Under the pieces are notes generated by a model. It saw nothing but the letters and a program-made list of their open reading frames with translations, had not been told where the DNA came from and did no database searches. The position numbers and the translations under genes are program-made. From positions 480,001 to 544,000 of the forward strand of contig CAWCKH010000004.1 of the NCBI GenBank assembly GCA_963796055.1: a stretch of DNA of 64,000 bases, read 5' to 3'. Below are positions 42,562 to 51,843 of this stretch, in pieces. How positions within the stretch are numbered: position 1 is the stretch's first letter; every line of letters begins with the position of its first letter. The DNA is from an uncultured delta proteobacterium (GTDB lineage Bacteria > Myxococcota > Myxococcia > Myxococcales > Myxococcaceae).

Positions 42562-44832
42562 TCAGGCCGGCTGCAGGAACCGGGCGATGACCCGCTTCAG
42601 CCCCACGGTCCGGAAGCGCACCGTGAGCTTGGCATTGGGGCCCGAGCCGTCGCAGGCCATCACCTCGCCCTCGCCGAACTGGGCGTGACGCACGCGCATC
42701 CCGACCACCGAGCCCTCCTCCATGTACGCCGCGTCCTGGGCGTAGCTGCGGTCGATGCGCGGACCGGTGTCCTCACGGGGCCGGCGCTCGGCCCGCCCGT
42801 ACGACGGCTCGGGCGGCGGAGCGCGCAGCTCGGGCTGGAAGTCGAACAGCTCCTTGGGAACCTCGCGGAGGAAGCGGGACGGTGGATTGAAGCGCAGCTC
42901 GCCGAAGAGCGAGCGGGCCTGCGCCAGCGATACCAATAAACGCTTCCGGGCGCGGGTGAAGCCGACGTAGCAGAGGCGGCGCTCCTCCCCCATCTCCTCG
43001 TCGTCGCCGAACTCGTCCAGCGCCCGCTGGTGCGGGAAGACGCCATCCTCCATCCCCGGGAGGAACACCGCGTCGAACTCCAGGCCCTTGGCAGCGTGGA
43101 GCGTCATCAACGAGACGCGCCCTTCGCCGGCCTCGGCATCGGCCTCGGCCACCAGGCTGATCTGCTCCAGGAAGGCCTGCAGCGGGGGGGCCTCTGCCTC
43201 GAGCGACTCGGGACCGGGCGCCGGGCGGGCCGCGCGCTGCAGGTCGAACTCCTGGGCAGCGCCCACGAACTCGCGCAGGTTCTCGGCGCGCCCGAGCGAC
43301 TCGTCGTCTCCTGCCTCCACCAGCGACTCGACCAGCCGCGTCTCCTGGAGCATCCGCTCCAGCGCCGCCGCGGCCGACGGCGCCTCGACCGCAAACTGGA
43401 CCAGCGGCTCCATCAGGGAGCGAAACCCGCGGAGCCGCTTCTGCGCCGCCGCCTGGAGCGTGGGGATGGACTCCACCTGATCCAGCGCCTCCCAGAGGGA
43501 GATGCCCTGGTCCGCGGCCCAGGCGCTCAGCCGCTCCTGCGTCGTGTCCCCGATGGCCCGGGCCGGCACGTTGACGACGCGAAGCAGGTCCGCGTCCGAA
43601 CGGGGGTTGGCCATGAGCCGGAGGTAGGACGCCGCATCCTTGATCTCCACCCGCTCGTAGAAGCTGCGCCCGCTCACCAGGGTGTACGGGACCCGCGACA
43701 GCCGCAGCGCCTCCTCCAGGACCCGGCTCTGGGCGTTCACCCGGAAGAAGATGGCCATCTGGTCGTAGGAGACGAAGTCCTCCTGGTGCAGGGCGTGGAT
43801 CCGCCGGGCGATCTCGTGCCCCTCCTCCCGCTCGTCGCGGGAGATGAGGAGATGGAGCAGCTCACCCTTGGGGCGGTCGGTCCACAGCCGCTTGGGCATC
43901 CGGCGTGGATTCTGGGCGATGACCGCGTTGGCGGCGTCGAGGATGTTCCCGTCGCTCCGGTAGTTCTGCTCCAGCTTCACCACCCGGGCGCCGCGATAGA
44001 GGTCGGGGAAGCCGAGGATGTTGCTCACCTCGGCCCCGCGCCAGCGGTAGATGGACTGGTCGTCGTCGCCGACCACGACCAGGTTCGACCCCGGTGGCGG
44101 GGCAATCTGCTGCAAGAGCTCGTACTGGACGGGGTTGGTGTCCTGGAACTCGTCGACCAGCACGTGCTGGAACCGCGCCCGGTACTTCTCCAGCGTCTCG
44201 GGGTCCTTGCGGAGCAGCTCCACCAGGAGCAACAGGAGATCGCCGAAGTCCACCGCGTTCGCCGCGCGAAGCAGCTTCTGGTAGGCGCGGTAGGCCCGCT
44301 GCACGGCGAGGCCGCGGTAGTCGTCAGGCGAGACGCGCTCCACGTCGGGGCCGCGCCCGGCGTTCTTCTCCACGTCGATGCGTCGGGCCACGTCGCGCGG
44401 GTTGAGCACCGGGTCCACCCGCTCCTCGCGCATCGCCCGCTTCACCAGCTGGAGCTGATCCGCATCGTCGTAGATGACAAAGGAGCGGGTGAGCCCGACC
44501 TTCTCCGCCTCGCGCCGGAGGATCGTCGCCGCCGCGGAGTGGAAGGTGGCCACGTTCAGGTCGGAGGCCCAGGGTCCGAGCAGCGTCTCGAGCCGCTCGC
44601 GCATCTCGCGGGCGGCCTTGTTGGTGAAGGTGACGGCCAGGATGCGCCAGGGCGGCACGCGTCGGGCGAGGACCAGATGGGCCACCCGCCGGGTGATGAC
44701 CCGCGTCTTCCCCGAGCCGGCGCCGGCGAGGACCAGGAGCGGTCCCTCACCATGGAGCACGGCCTCACGCTGGGGCGGGTTGAGGTCCTCGAGGAGCTGA
44801 TCGGCAGACTGGAGCGGCGACGGCCCGGACAT
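42562..44832 (-). CDS. pcrA: PcrA/UvrD DNA helicase
   Basis: LAGAGSGKT, TFTNKAA, VDEFQDTN, GDDDQSIYRWRGA, LEQNYRS, TLHAAKGLEF, EERRLCYVG; C-terminal VRHAQFGEG domain. Confidence 0.95.
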   Translation of the reverse strand: MSGPSPLQSADQLLEDLNPPQREAVLHGEGPLLVLAGAGSGKTRVITRRVAHLVLARRVPPWRILAVTFTNKAAREMRERLETLLGPWASDLNVATFHSAAATILRREAEKVGLTRSFVIYDDADQLQLVKRAMREERVDPVLNPRDVARRIDVEKNAGRGPDVERVSPDDYRGLAVQRAYRAYQKLLRAANAVDFGDLLLLLVELLRKDPETLEKYRARFQHVLVDEFQDTNPVQYELLQQIAPPPGSNLVVVGDDDQSIYRWRGAEVSNILGFPDLYRGARVVKLEQNYRSDGNILDAANAVIAQNPRRMPKRLWTDRPKGELLHLLISRDEREEGHEIARRIHALHQEDFVSYDQMAIFFRVNAQSRVLEEALRLSRVPYTLVSGRSFYERVEIKDAASYLRLMANPRSDADLLRVVNVPARAIGDTTQERLSAWAADQGISLWEALDQVESIPTLQAAAQKRLRGFRSLMEPLVQFAVEAPSAAAALERMLQETRLVESLVEAGDDESLGRAENLREFVGAAQEFDLQRAARPAPGPESLEAEAPPLQAFLEQISLVAEADAEAGEGRVSLMTLHAAKGLEFDAVFLPGMEDGVFPHQRALDEFGDDEEMGEERRLCYVGFTRARKRLLVSLAQARSLFGELRFNPPSRFLREVPKELFDFQPELRAPPPEPSYGRAERRPREDTGPRIDRSYAQDAAYMEEGSVVGMRVRHAQFGEGEVMACDGSGPNAKLTVRFRTVGLKRVIARFLQPA

Positions 44833-44934
44833 CGGAGCCGGGCACCCTCTCATTCCTGCCGCCTGGATTCCAGCCGAGGCCTTCGCCGGCGGTTGGAGGC
44901 ACTCCGGATCGCGGTGTCCTGAGCCCCGGCCGAG

Positions 44935-46212
44935 CTAGGCACGCGCCGGACGACCGAAGACCAGGACGGTGTTGGTGCCGCCGAAGCCGAAGGAGAGGCT
45001 CATCACCACCTCGAGCCGAGCCTCGCGCGCCCGGTTCGGGACGTAGTCGAGGTCGCACTCCGGATCCGGGTCCTGCTGGTTGATGGTGGGAGGCATCACC
45101 CCGTGCATCAGGGTGAGCACGCTGAAGGCGGCCTCGACGCTTCCGGCCGCCCCCAGCAGGTGGCCGGTCATCGACTTGGTGGAGCTCACCGGGAGGCGAC
45201 GGGCACGGTCCCCGAAGGCCGATTTCAAGGCCCGGGTCTCGTGGACGTCGTTGAGCGGGGTCGAGGTCCCGTGGGCATTCACGTAGGACACCTTCTCCGC
45301 GTCGAGCCCGGCGTCGCGAAGGGCCTCACGGATGCAGCGCGCTGCCGGGGCTCCGTCCTCGGTCGGCTGGGTGAGGTGATGGGCGTCGGCATTGGCGGCA
45401 TATCCGGCGACCTCGGCGAGGATGGGCGCTCCCCGGTGTCGGGCACGCTCCTCCTCCTCGAGCACCAGGACCCCCGCCCCTTCGCCGAGGACGAAGCCGT
45501 CCCGCCCTCGATCGAACGGGCGACTGGCTCCCTGGGGATCGTGGTTCCGGGCGGAGAGCACGTTCATCGCCTCGAAGCCGCCGATCCCCAGCGGGGTGAC
45601 CGCGGCCTCGGAGGCACCGGCGATGACCGCATCGCTCCGGCCGGTCCGGATCGACCACAGCGCTTCACCGATCGCGTGGGATCCGCTCGAGCAGGCCGCC
45701 ACCGGCGCGTAGTTGGGGCCGGCAGCTCCGTGGCGAATGCTCACCAGACCGGCGGCGGTGTTGGAGAGTATTTGCAGCACGAACATCGGCGAGAGGCGGT
45801 CGAACCCCGTGCGGAGCGCCTTCTCGTGCGCCACCTCCGCCGAGGCCAGACCGCCGATCCCCGAGCCGAGGATGACGCCCACCCTTTCGGGCAGGTAGCT
45901 GCTCGCTCCTCCGGAACCGATGGTCAAACCGCTCGCCCGGACCGCCATCTCCGACGCGGCGACCGCGAGCTGGACGTAGCGATCGACCCGGCGCGCCTCC
46001 CGCCTGTCCATCCACGCCAGAGGATCGAAATCCTTCACCTCCCCGGCGATCCGTGTCTTCAGCTTCCCGGGGTCGAACCGGGTGAGGGGGCCCACCCCGG
46101 ACTTGCCGGCGACCAGCGCTGCCCAGGTGGCCTCCACCCCCGTCGCCAGGGGGGTGACCAGCCCGAGACCAGTGACCACGACTCTTCGTCCTCCCATGGC
46201 CGGAGGCTTCAC
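44935..46212 (-). CDS. fabF: 3-oxoacyl-ACP synthase II
   Basis: RRVVVTGLG, AACSSG, NAHGTST, KSMTGHLLGAAG, SFGFGGTN. Start 46212 (GTG) or 46197. Confidence 0.9.
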   Translation of the reverse strand: MKPPAMGGRRVVVTGLGLVTPLATGVEATWAALVAGKSGVGPLTRFDPGKLKTRIAGEVKDFDPLAWMDRREARRVDRYVQLAVAASEMAVRASGLTIGSGGASSYLPERVGVILGSGIGGLASAEVAHEKALRTGFDRLSPMFVLQILSNTAAGLVSIRHGAAGPNYAPVAACSSGSHAIGEALWSIRTGRSDAVIAGASEAAVTPLGIGGFEAMNVLSARNHDPQGASRPFDRGRDGFVLGEGAGVLVLEEEERARHRGAPILAEVAGYAANADAHHLTQPTEDGAPAARCIREALRDAGLDAEKVSYVNAHGTSTPLNDVHETRALKSAFGDRARRLPVSSTKSMTGHLLGAAGSVEAAFSVLTLMHGVMPPTINQQDPDPECDLDYVPNRAREARLEVVMSLSFGFGGTNTVLVFGRPARA

Positions 46213-46305
46213 ACGCGGCGCGAGGTAGATCCAGGCCAGCCCGACATGACGGCCCGCATCGACGGTCCGTCGTACCCGGAGACGTCAGATGGCGGACAGG
46301 GACCG

Positions 46306-48054
46306 CTACGGCAGGTTGTCCCAGCCGAAGCGCTCCTCGGCGAAGGCGTGGTCGGCGAGGCTCTTGATGAGCTCGTCGTCGTTGTCGTCGATCTGGCCGT
46401 AGTTGCTCTTCACCCGGCGCTCCACCTGTCCGGCGAAGACGCGGAGGATCTCCAGCTCCTTCGCCGCGCCCTCCTCGCCGAGCCGCCGCACCGACGAGTC
46501 CACCCGCGACAGGACGCAGGCCATGAGGAACAGGTCGATCATGATGTCCGCCAGTCGCTGGGTGGCGAGCTGCCTGTCGGCGATGCGCTTGCCGTGCTTG
46601 CGCAGGATGCGGTCGGCGGCGGTGGCCAGCTCCCGGGTGTGCTCCTCGAACGCCTCTCCCTCGGCCTTGAGCGCCGGGCTGAGCCTGGTGAATGCGCCCC
46701 GCTCGCGCCCGACGTTGGTGGCCAGTGCCGCCCGCCGCAGCGCGTACTCACTCAGCACGCCGAAGCCCTTGATCGGGTCGTTGAGCACGCCCTTCAGGCT
46801 CGCCGCCAGGTCGGCCAGCTGCGCCCCGACGTCGTTCATCGCGGTCAGGGCGATGAACAGCCGCAGGATCTCGTTGGTCCCCTCCCAGATGCGGAAGATG
46901 CGGCAGTCGCGGAGCGCCCGCTCGTAGGGGTACTCGCGCATGTAGCCGTTGCCCCCGGCGATCTGCAGCGCCTCGTCGGTGGTGCGCCACAGCGCCTCGG
47001 TGGCGAAGACCTTGCTGATCGCCGCCTCCACTGCGTAGTCCTCGTAGCCTCCGTCCACCAGACCGGCGACCATCGCCACCGCCGACTCGGCGGCGTAGGT
47101 GTCGACCACCATGTGGCCGACCTTCTGCTTGATGAGGCCGTACTCGGAGATGGGCTTTCCGAACTGCACCCGGCCCTTCGCCTGACGGGTGGCAAGCTCG
47201 ATCATCCGCTTCATCCCTCCGATGCAGCCCCCGCCCAGGCCGCTGCGCCCGCTGTTGAGGATGCGCATCGCCACCTTGAACCCCTTCCCCACCTCGCCGA
47301 GGACGTTGGTCGCCGGCACTCGCACCCCGTCGAGGAACACCGCGGTGGTCGAGCTAGCCCGGAGCCCCATCTTGTCCTCGTGAGGACCGACGCTCACTCC
47401 CTTCATGTCCCGGGTGACGATGAAGGCGGTGAGCTTGCCCCGCTCCTCGGCCCTGCCGGTCTTGGCGAAGACGGTGAAGAAGCTGGCCAGCCCGCCATTG
47501 GTGATCCACAGCTTGCTGCCGTCGAGCACCCAGTCGTCGCCGTCGCGCACCGCGGTGGTCTTGATGTTCGCCGCATCCGATCCGGCGCCGGGCTCGGTGA
47601 GGCAGAAGGCGGCGATCATCTCCCCGGTGGCCAGCTTGGGATAGAAACGCGCCTTCTGCTCCGGGGTCCCGAAGAGGAGCAGCCCCCGCAGCCCGATGGA
47701 GCTGTGCGCCCCTACCGTCGCCGCCACCGAGCCGTCGTAGCGTGACAGCTCTTGCAGCGTGCGCGAGTAGGCCGTGCTCCCCAGCCCGAGGCCACCGACG
47801 TCCTCTGGCAGTACCAGGCCGAACAGCCCGAACTGGCGGAGCTCCTCGAGCACCGAGGCCGGGAGCTCGCCGGCCAGGTCCCAGGCGCGGAATTCCTCGT
47901 CCCGGTTCCCCAGGAACTGCTTCAGCGAGCCGAAGATCGTCCGGAGCGTCTCTCCTTCGCTGTCGGCCATCACCGGAAAGGGCAGCAGCACGTCCTCCTC
48001 GATGACCCCCATGCACAGCGAGCGCATGAAGCTGGTCGTCTCCTTGTCCGCCAT
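46306..48054 (-). CDS. Acyl-CoA dehydrogenase (long form)
   Basis: FCLTEPGAGSDA, KLWITNG, KMGLRASST, RVQFGKPI, GGNGYMREYPYER..RD.RIFRIWEGTNEI. Confidence 0.93.
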   Translation of the reverse strand: MADKETTSFMRSLCMGVIEEDVLLPFPVMADSEGETLRTIFGSLKQFLGNRDEEFRAWDLAGELPASVLEELRQFGLFGLVLPEDVGGLGLGSTAYSRTLQELSRYDGSVAATVGAHSSIGLRGLLLFGTPEQKARFYPKLATGEMIAAFCLTEPGAGSDAANIKTTAVRDGDDWVLDGSKLWITNGGLASFFTVFAKTGRAEERGKLTAFIVTRDMKGVSVGPHEDKMGLRASSTTAVFLDGVRVPATNVLGEVGKGFKVAMRILNSGRSGLGGGCIGGMKRMIELATRQAKGRVQFGKPISEYGLIKQKVGHMVVDTYAAESAVAMVAGLVDGGYEDYAVEAAISKVFATEALWRTTDEALQIAGGNGYMREYPYERALRDCRIFRIWEGTNEILRLFIALTAMNDVGAQLADLAASLKGVLNDPIKGFGVLSEYALRRAALATNVGRERGAFTRLSPALKAEGEAFEEHTRELATAADRILRKHGKRIADRQLATQRLADIMIDLFLMACVLSRVDSSVRRLGEEGAAKELEILRVFAGQVERRVKSNYGQIDDNDDELIKSLADHAFAEERFGWDNLP

Positions 48055-48114
48055 GTGCCGTTCTCCTGGTGCGAGGGCCGTCGATGCGGCCCGATCTACC
48101 TCGCCCGGGCGGGA

Positions 48115-50907
48115 CTAGTTTCGCGACCGGCCCAGCCAGCCGGCGATGAAGGGCTCGATCTCGCCGCGGAGCACGTCCTTGAGGCGGGGGGTGGTGGTCC
48201 CGGTGCGCGGATCCTCCACCCGGGCGCCACGGCCGAAGAAGTAGTGGCGGGCCTCCACGTCCGCCGGCCCGGGGCGCACCACCAGGAACGCCAGCGAGCG
48301 CAGCTCGTCGAGAGACACTCCGCCCACCAGCTCCACCTCGCGGCCGGTCTCCTCGTCGAAGGCGCGCATCTCCGCCGTCACCCGCTCCACGTGCGTTCCG
48401 GCGCGCCGTCGCACCGAGCGACCCTGGGCGCGGAGGCCGGCCTCCGCGCCGGCGGGCCGTGGCCAGGGGTAAAGCCGGACCCGGACCACCATCCGTCGCC
48501 CGTTGACATGGCGGCGGTGAATGCCCTCTTCGCCGGCGAGAAACCCCAGCGCTCCGGGGCCGGCGAGGTGGAGCATCAGCCGTGGGGGGTGATCGGCCTC
48601 GGCCAGGGCGCTGGCCTCGTAGCCGCGGTGCGTGGCCCAGCCCTGGTACATCGCGGCCAGCTCGGCCACCCACGCCCGGTGCTCCTCGTTTTCCCGCGCC
48701 GCGGCCAGGTCGAGGATCACCTCGTCGGCGGTGCTGCCCCCGGCGGCGACCCGCGCCTCGGCGAGCTGGACCTCGCGGGCAGCGTGCTCCACCGCCCTCG
48801 CCGCGGCGGCGAGGCGGCCTTCCCCCTTGGCCTCACCGACCAGCCGCCTCGCCGACTCGCAGCTCTGCGCCAACCGATCCAGTGCCTGGAGCTCCCGGTC
48901 GACGCTCTGGAAGGAGCGCAGCAGCTGCGCCGCACGCTCCGGGTCATCCCAGAAGTCGGGAGCCTGGGTGTGGACGAGCAGCTCCGTGCGCCGCTGCTCC
49001 AGGGCAGGGCGACCGAGCGACTCCGCCACCCGGCCCGCGCGTTCCACAAGGCCCTGCGCCTCATGAAGCAAGCTCTTGCGATCGAGCCGGCGACGTCCGA
49101 CGACGGTCCCCAGCCGGGTGGTCGCCACCGCGGTGCGAGGCTCGTGCTCCAAGTGGGCCTCGGAGCGAACCACCACCGACCCTTCACTCGCCTCGACCAG
49201 GATGCGCGACCCAGGCGGGAGCGGACGCCGCACGATCTCCACCGCCACCGGCGCGGTCAGGGTGCGCTCGATCTCCCGCTGGAGGAAGCGCGCTCCGAAC
49301 TGGGCCGAGAAGCCGCGGTCGACGAGGAGGTCGATGACCTCGGGCGCCACCTCCACGTCCAGCCCCCGGAGCCGGATGCCCTCCCGCTCCAGGACCCGTC
49401 CCACCTCCCGCTGTGCGATGCGGCGGATCTCCACCTTCCCCAGCGGCCGGAAGTGGCAGATGGCGTCGAAGCGGTTGAGGAGCTCGTGTCGGAAGGCCTC
49501 GGCCAGCCGCCGGTCCGCCTCCGCGGCGAGCTCGGCGTTGGAGGGGGCGACGGCGAACCCCAGCGGGCCCTCTCGGTAGACCTCCGCTCCAGCGTTGGTG
49601 GTGACGATGATCAGGACGTTGTCGCACCGAACCAGCTCCCCGGCGGCGTTGATGAACTGACCCTCGTCGAAGAGCTGCAGGCACCGATCGTGGACCGACC
49701 GGTGGGCCTTCTCGAACTCGTCGAGGAGCAAGACGGCGAACAGCTTCCCCTCCAGCCGGCAGGTGAGCTGGCCGCGCTGGTGTTCCCGGACGGGTGACCA
49801 GGTCATCCCGAAGAGCTGAGAGGCGTCGTCCTCCTCGCCGTAGTCGGCCATGTTGACCCGGACCAGCCGTTCGGCCGAGCCGAAGACGTACTCCGCCAGC
49901 AGGCGTGCCAGATGGGTCTTTCCCACGCCGGTGGGCCCCGCGCAGAGAAAGAGGCCCAGTGGGCGCCTGGGGTCGGTGAGCCCCGCCTTGAGGAGGGCCA
50001 GGGTCCGCAGGACCGCTCTCACCGCTTCCGGCTGTCCGAGGATGCGCTCGTTGAAGTACGCCTCGGTCTGCGCGAGGTCGAGCGGGGTCGCGTCGTCGAC
50101 GAGGAAGCGCGGCAGCTGGGACACCGCGCAGAAGCGGGTGAGCACCCCCTCGGTGCCGAGGCACTCCCCTTTGCTGGCGCTGGCCTCCTCCACCGCGCCC
50201 CGGAGCAGCTCCACCGACCTCCCCGGCTCGTGCTGGGCGAGCAGGTACTTCTTCGCCAGGCGCAGGGTGAGCTCACAGGCCGCCGGCTCGATGACCATCC
50301 CCAGCTGGGTCTCGAGCTCGGCGGCCACCTGGCCGAGGATGGCCCGGGCGCGCTCCGCGGGTGGCTCGGGAACCGCCACCAGGTGCAGGAGCTCCCCCAG
50401 TCCTCCCTCCGCGCCGAGCAAGCCGTGCGCGCCGCGGGAATCGGTCTCGAGGACGAAGCGCAGCGAGCTCGAGCGGAGCGAATCGGCGAGGCTGCCGAAC
50501 AGCGGCGGGTTCAGGGCCAGCGAGGCCTCGCGAAGGGCGACGACGGTCAGTCCGGACAGCGCCTCCAATCGCTCCACCAGCGCGTTCCAGCTGTCCCCGA
50601 TCTCCTCCTCCTTTCCTGCCCGGGAGAGGAATGCGCTCAGGGAGACCTCCAGCACCCGCGCGCCTGCCAGGGGCCCGCCCTCCGGGCCGAGGGCGATGCG
50701 GCGAGCGAGGCCGTGGAGGCGAGCCGTCTTCCCAACTCCCGGCTCACCAGCGAGCAGGACGTGCTGGGCGCCCCGGGCGATGAGGGCCTGCAGGGCCGCG
50801 ACGTCTTCCTCGATGCCATGCGGGGCCGGGAGCCGCCCCTCCCGGGCGAGCTCGGTGAGGTCCCGCTCGAAGAACTTGGCCCCACTCGATGCCCCCGCCC
50901 TGGCCAT
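48115..50907 (-). CDS. ClpA/B-type AAA+ ATPase fused to a C-terminal release-factor-2-like module
   Basis: D1 GEPGVGKT; D2 GQPEAV, GPTGVGKT, LLLDEFEKAH, ELLNRFD, FGARFLQR. Then FWDDP, W..EL..MY..WA..RG, GFLAGEEGIHR, VEDPRTG...VLRGEIEPFI (RF2-like). Confidence 0.85.
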   Translation of the reverse strand: MARAGASSGAKFFERDLTELAREGRLPAPHGIEEDVAALQALIARGAQHVLLAGEPGVGKTARLHGLARRIALGPEGGPLAGARVLEVSLSAFLSRAGKEEEIGDSWNALVERLEALSGLTVVALREASLALNPPLFGSLADSLRSSSLRFVLETDSRGAHGLLGAEGGLGELLHLVAVPEPPAERARAILGQVAAELETQLGMVIEPAACELTLRLAKKYLLAQHEPGRSVELLRGAVEEASASKGECLGTEGVLTRFCAVSQLPRFLVDDATPLDLAQTEAYFNERILGQPEAVRAVLRTLALLKAGLTDPRRPLGLFLCAGPTGVGKTHLARLLAEYVFGSAERLVRVNMADYGEEDDASQLFGMTWSPVREHQRGQLTCRLEGKLFAVLLLDEFEKAHRSVHDRCLQLFDEGQFINAAGELVRCDNVLIIVTTNAGAEVYREGPLGFAVAPSNAELAAEADRRLAEAFRHELLNRFDAICHFRPLGKVEIRRIAQREVGRVLEREGIRLRGLDVEVAPEVIDLLVDRGFSAQFGARFLQREIERTLTAPVAVEIVRRPLPPGSRILVEASEGSVVVRSEAHLEHEPRTAVATTRLGTVVGRRRLDRKSLLHEAQGLVERAGRVAESLGRPALEQRRTELLVHTQAPDFWDDPERAAQLLRSFQSVDRELQALDRLAQSCESARRLVGEAKGEGRLAAAARAVEHAAREVQLAEARVAAGGSTADEVILDLAAARENEEHRAWVAELAAMYQGWATHRGYEASALAEADHPPRLMLHLAGPGALGFLAGEEGIHRRHVNGRRMVVRVRLYPWPRPAGAEAGLRAQGRSVRRRAGTHVERVTAEMRAFDEETGREVELVGGVSLDELRSLAFLVVRPGPADVEARHYFFGRGARVEDPRTGTTTPRLKDVLRGEIEPFIAGWLGRSRN

Positions 50908-50967
50908 GCGCGGGCAGTCTAGACGACCGCGACCCCGGGGTGAGTCTCTCGGGTCCCCTAGAAGGAG

Positions 50968-51680
50968 TCACAGTGACGCCAGGAAGGCGAGGAACGCCGC
51001 CCGGTCCTGGGCGTTCAGGGAGTCGAAGCGCTTCCGGCTCTCCTCCGCCTCGACGTGGTGCGCCTGGATTGCAGCGACCGGATCGACCGCGCGTCCATCG
51101 TGCATGAGCCTGGAGCGGACCCGGAGACCCCAGAGAGCCGCGGTGCGCAGCTTGTTCAGGGGGGCCCCACCCTGGGGGATTCCGTCGGCCGTCCCGACGT
51201 CGTGGAGCAGGAAATCGCCGTAGGGATGGAAGACCTCCTTCCTGGTGAACAGCGTCGGCACGTGGCAGGAACCGCAGCCCATCTCCAGGAAGACCCGCTC
51301 GCCGGCGCGGACCTGGTTCGAGCCGGCAGCCGCCGAGCGGGGGGGCGCCGTGGTGGCTCGCATGAAGCGGGCATAGGCGTCGATGTCCTCGGACCCATCC
51401 TCGTCGACGTCCTCGAACGGTGGCTTCTGCCCACCGGTGAAGAGTCGATTGGTCACGCCCTTCTCCCCGAATTCGCCATCGCCGGCAAAGCTGAGCAGAG
51501 AGGCGTGCTGGCACTTCCAGCCGAAGCGTCCCACGCGGCGCACGCCGGGTGTTTCCAGAACGGCGACCTCGACCACCTGGCCGCCGTTGGCGCGTGCCAG
51601 CGCCCGGAGCTCGTCGTCGGGGACGTCTTCCACGAAGCCGAGGCCGAGCAGGCTGGTGGAGACGCGCAGGCTGAAGGGGG
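50968..51680 (-). pseudogene. 5'-truncated di-heme oxidoreductase-family gene
   Basis: SLRVSTSLLGLGFVE, GRFGWK, GCGSCH, FLLHDVG, RTAALWG, MHDGRA, FLASL. The N-terminal half with signal peptide and first CxxCH is missing. Confidence 0.72.
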
Positions 51681-51843
51681 TGCTGGCCGGAGCGACCAAC
51701 CCATTGGGCTGGTCCACCGTTCTCATCTACGGCTTGCTCGCCGCCGGCTTCTGGTACTTTGGCTTCGGCAAGCGGGGAACGCCGGCGACCTGACCGCCGG
51801 AGGTCCAGGTCGCGAAGGAGTCGAGCGCAGTCCCTGGGCGTCG

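Noticed and set aside
48115..49080. Calling the RF2-like region prfB
   Set aside because: It is in frame with the Clp ATPase and lacks GGQ and SPF, so it is not a functional canonical RF2.
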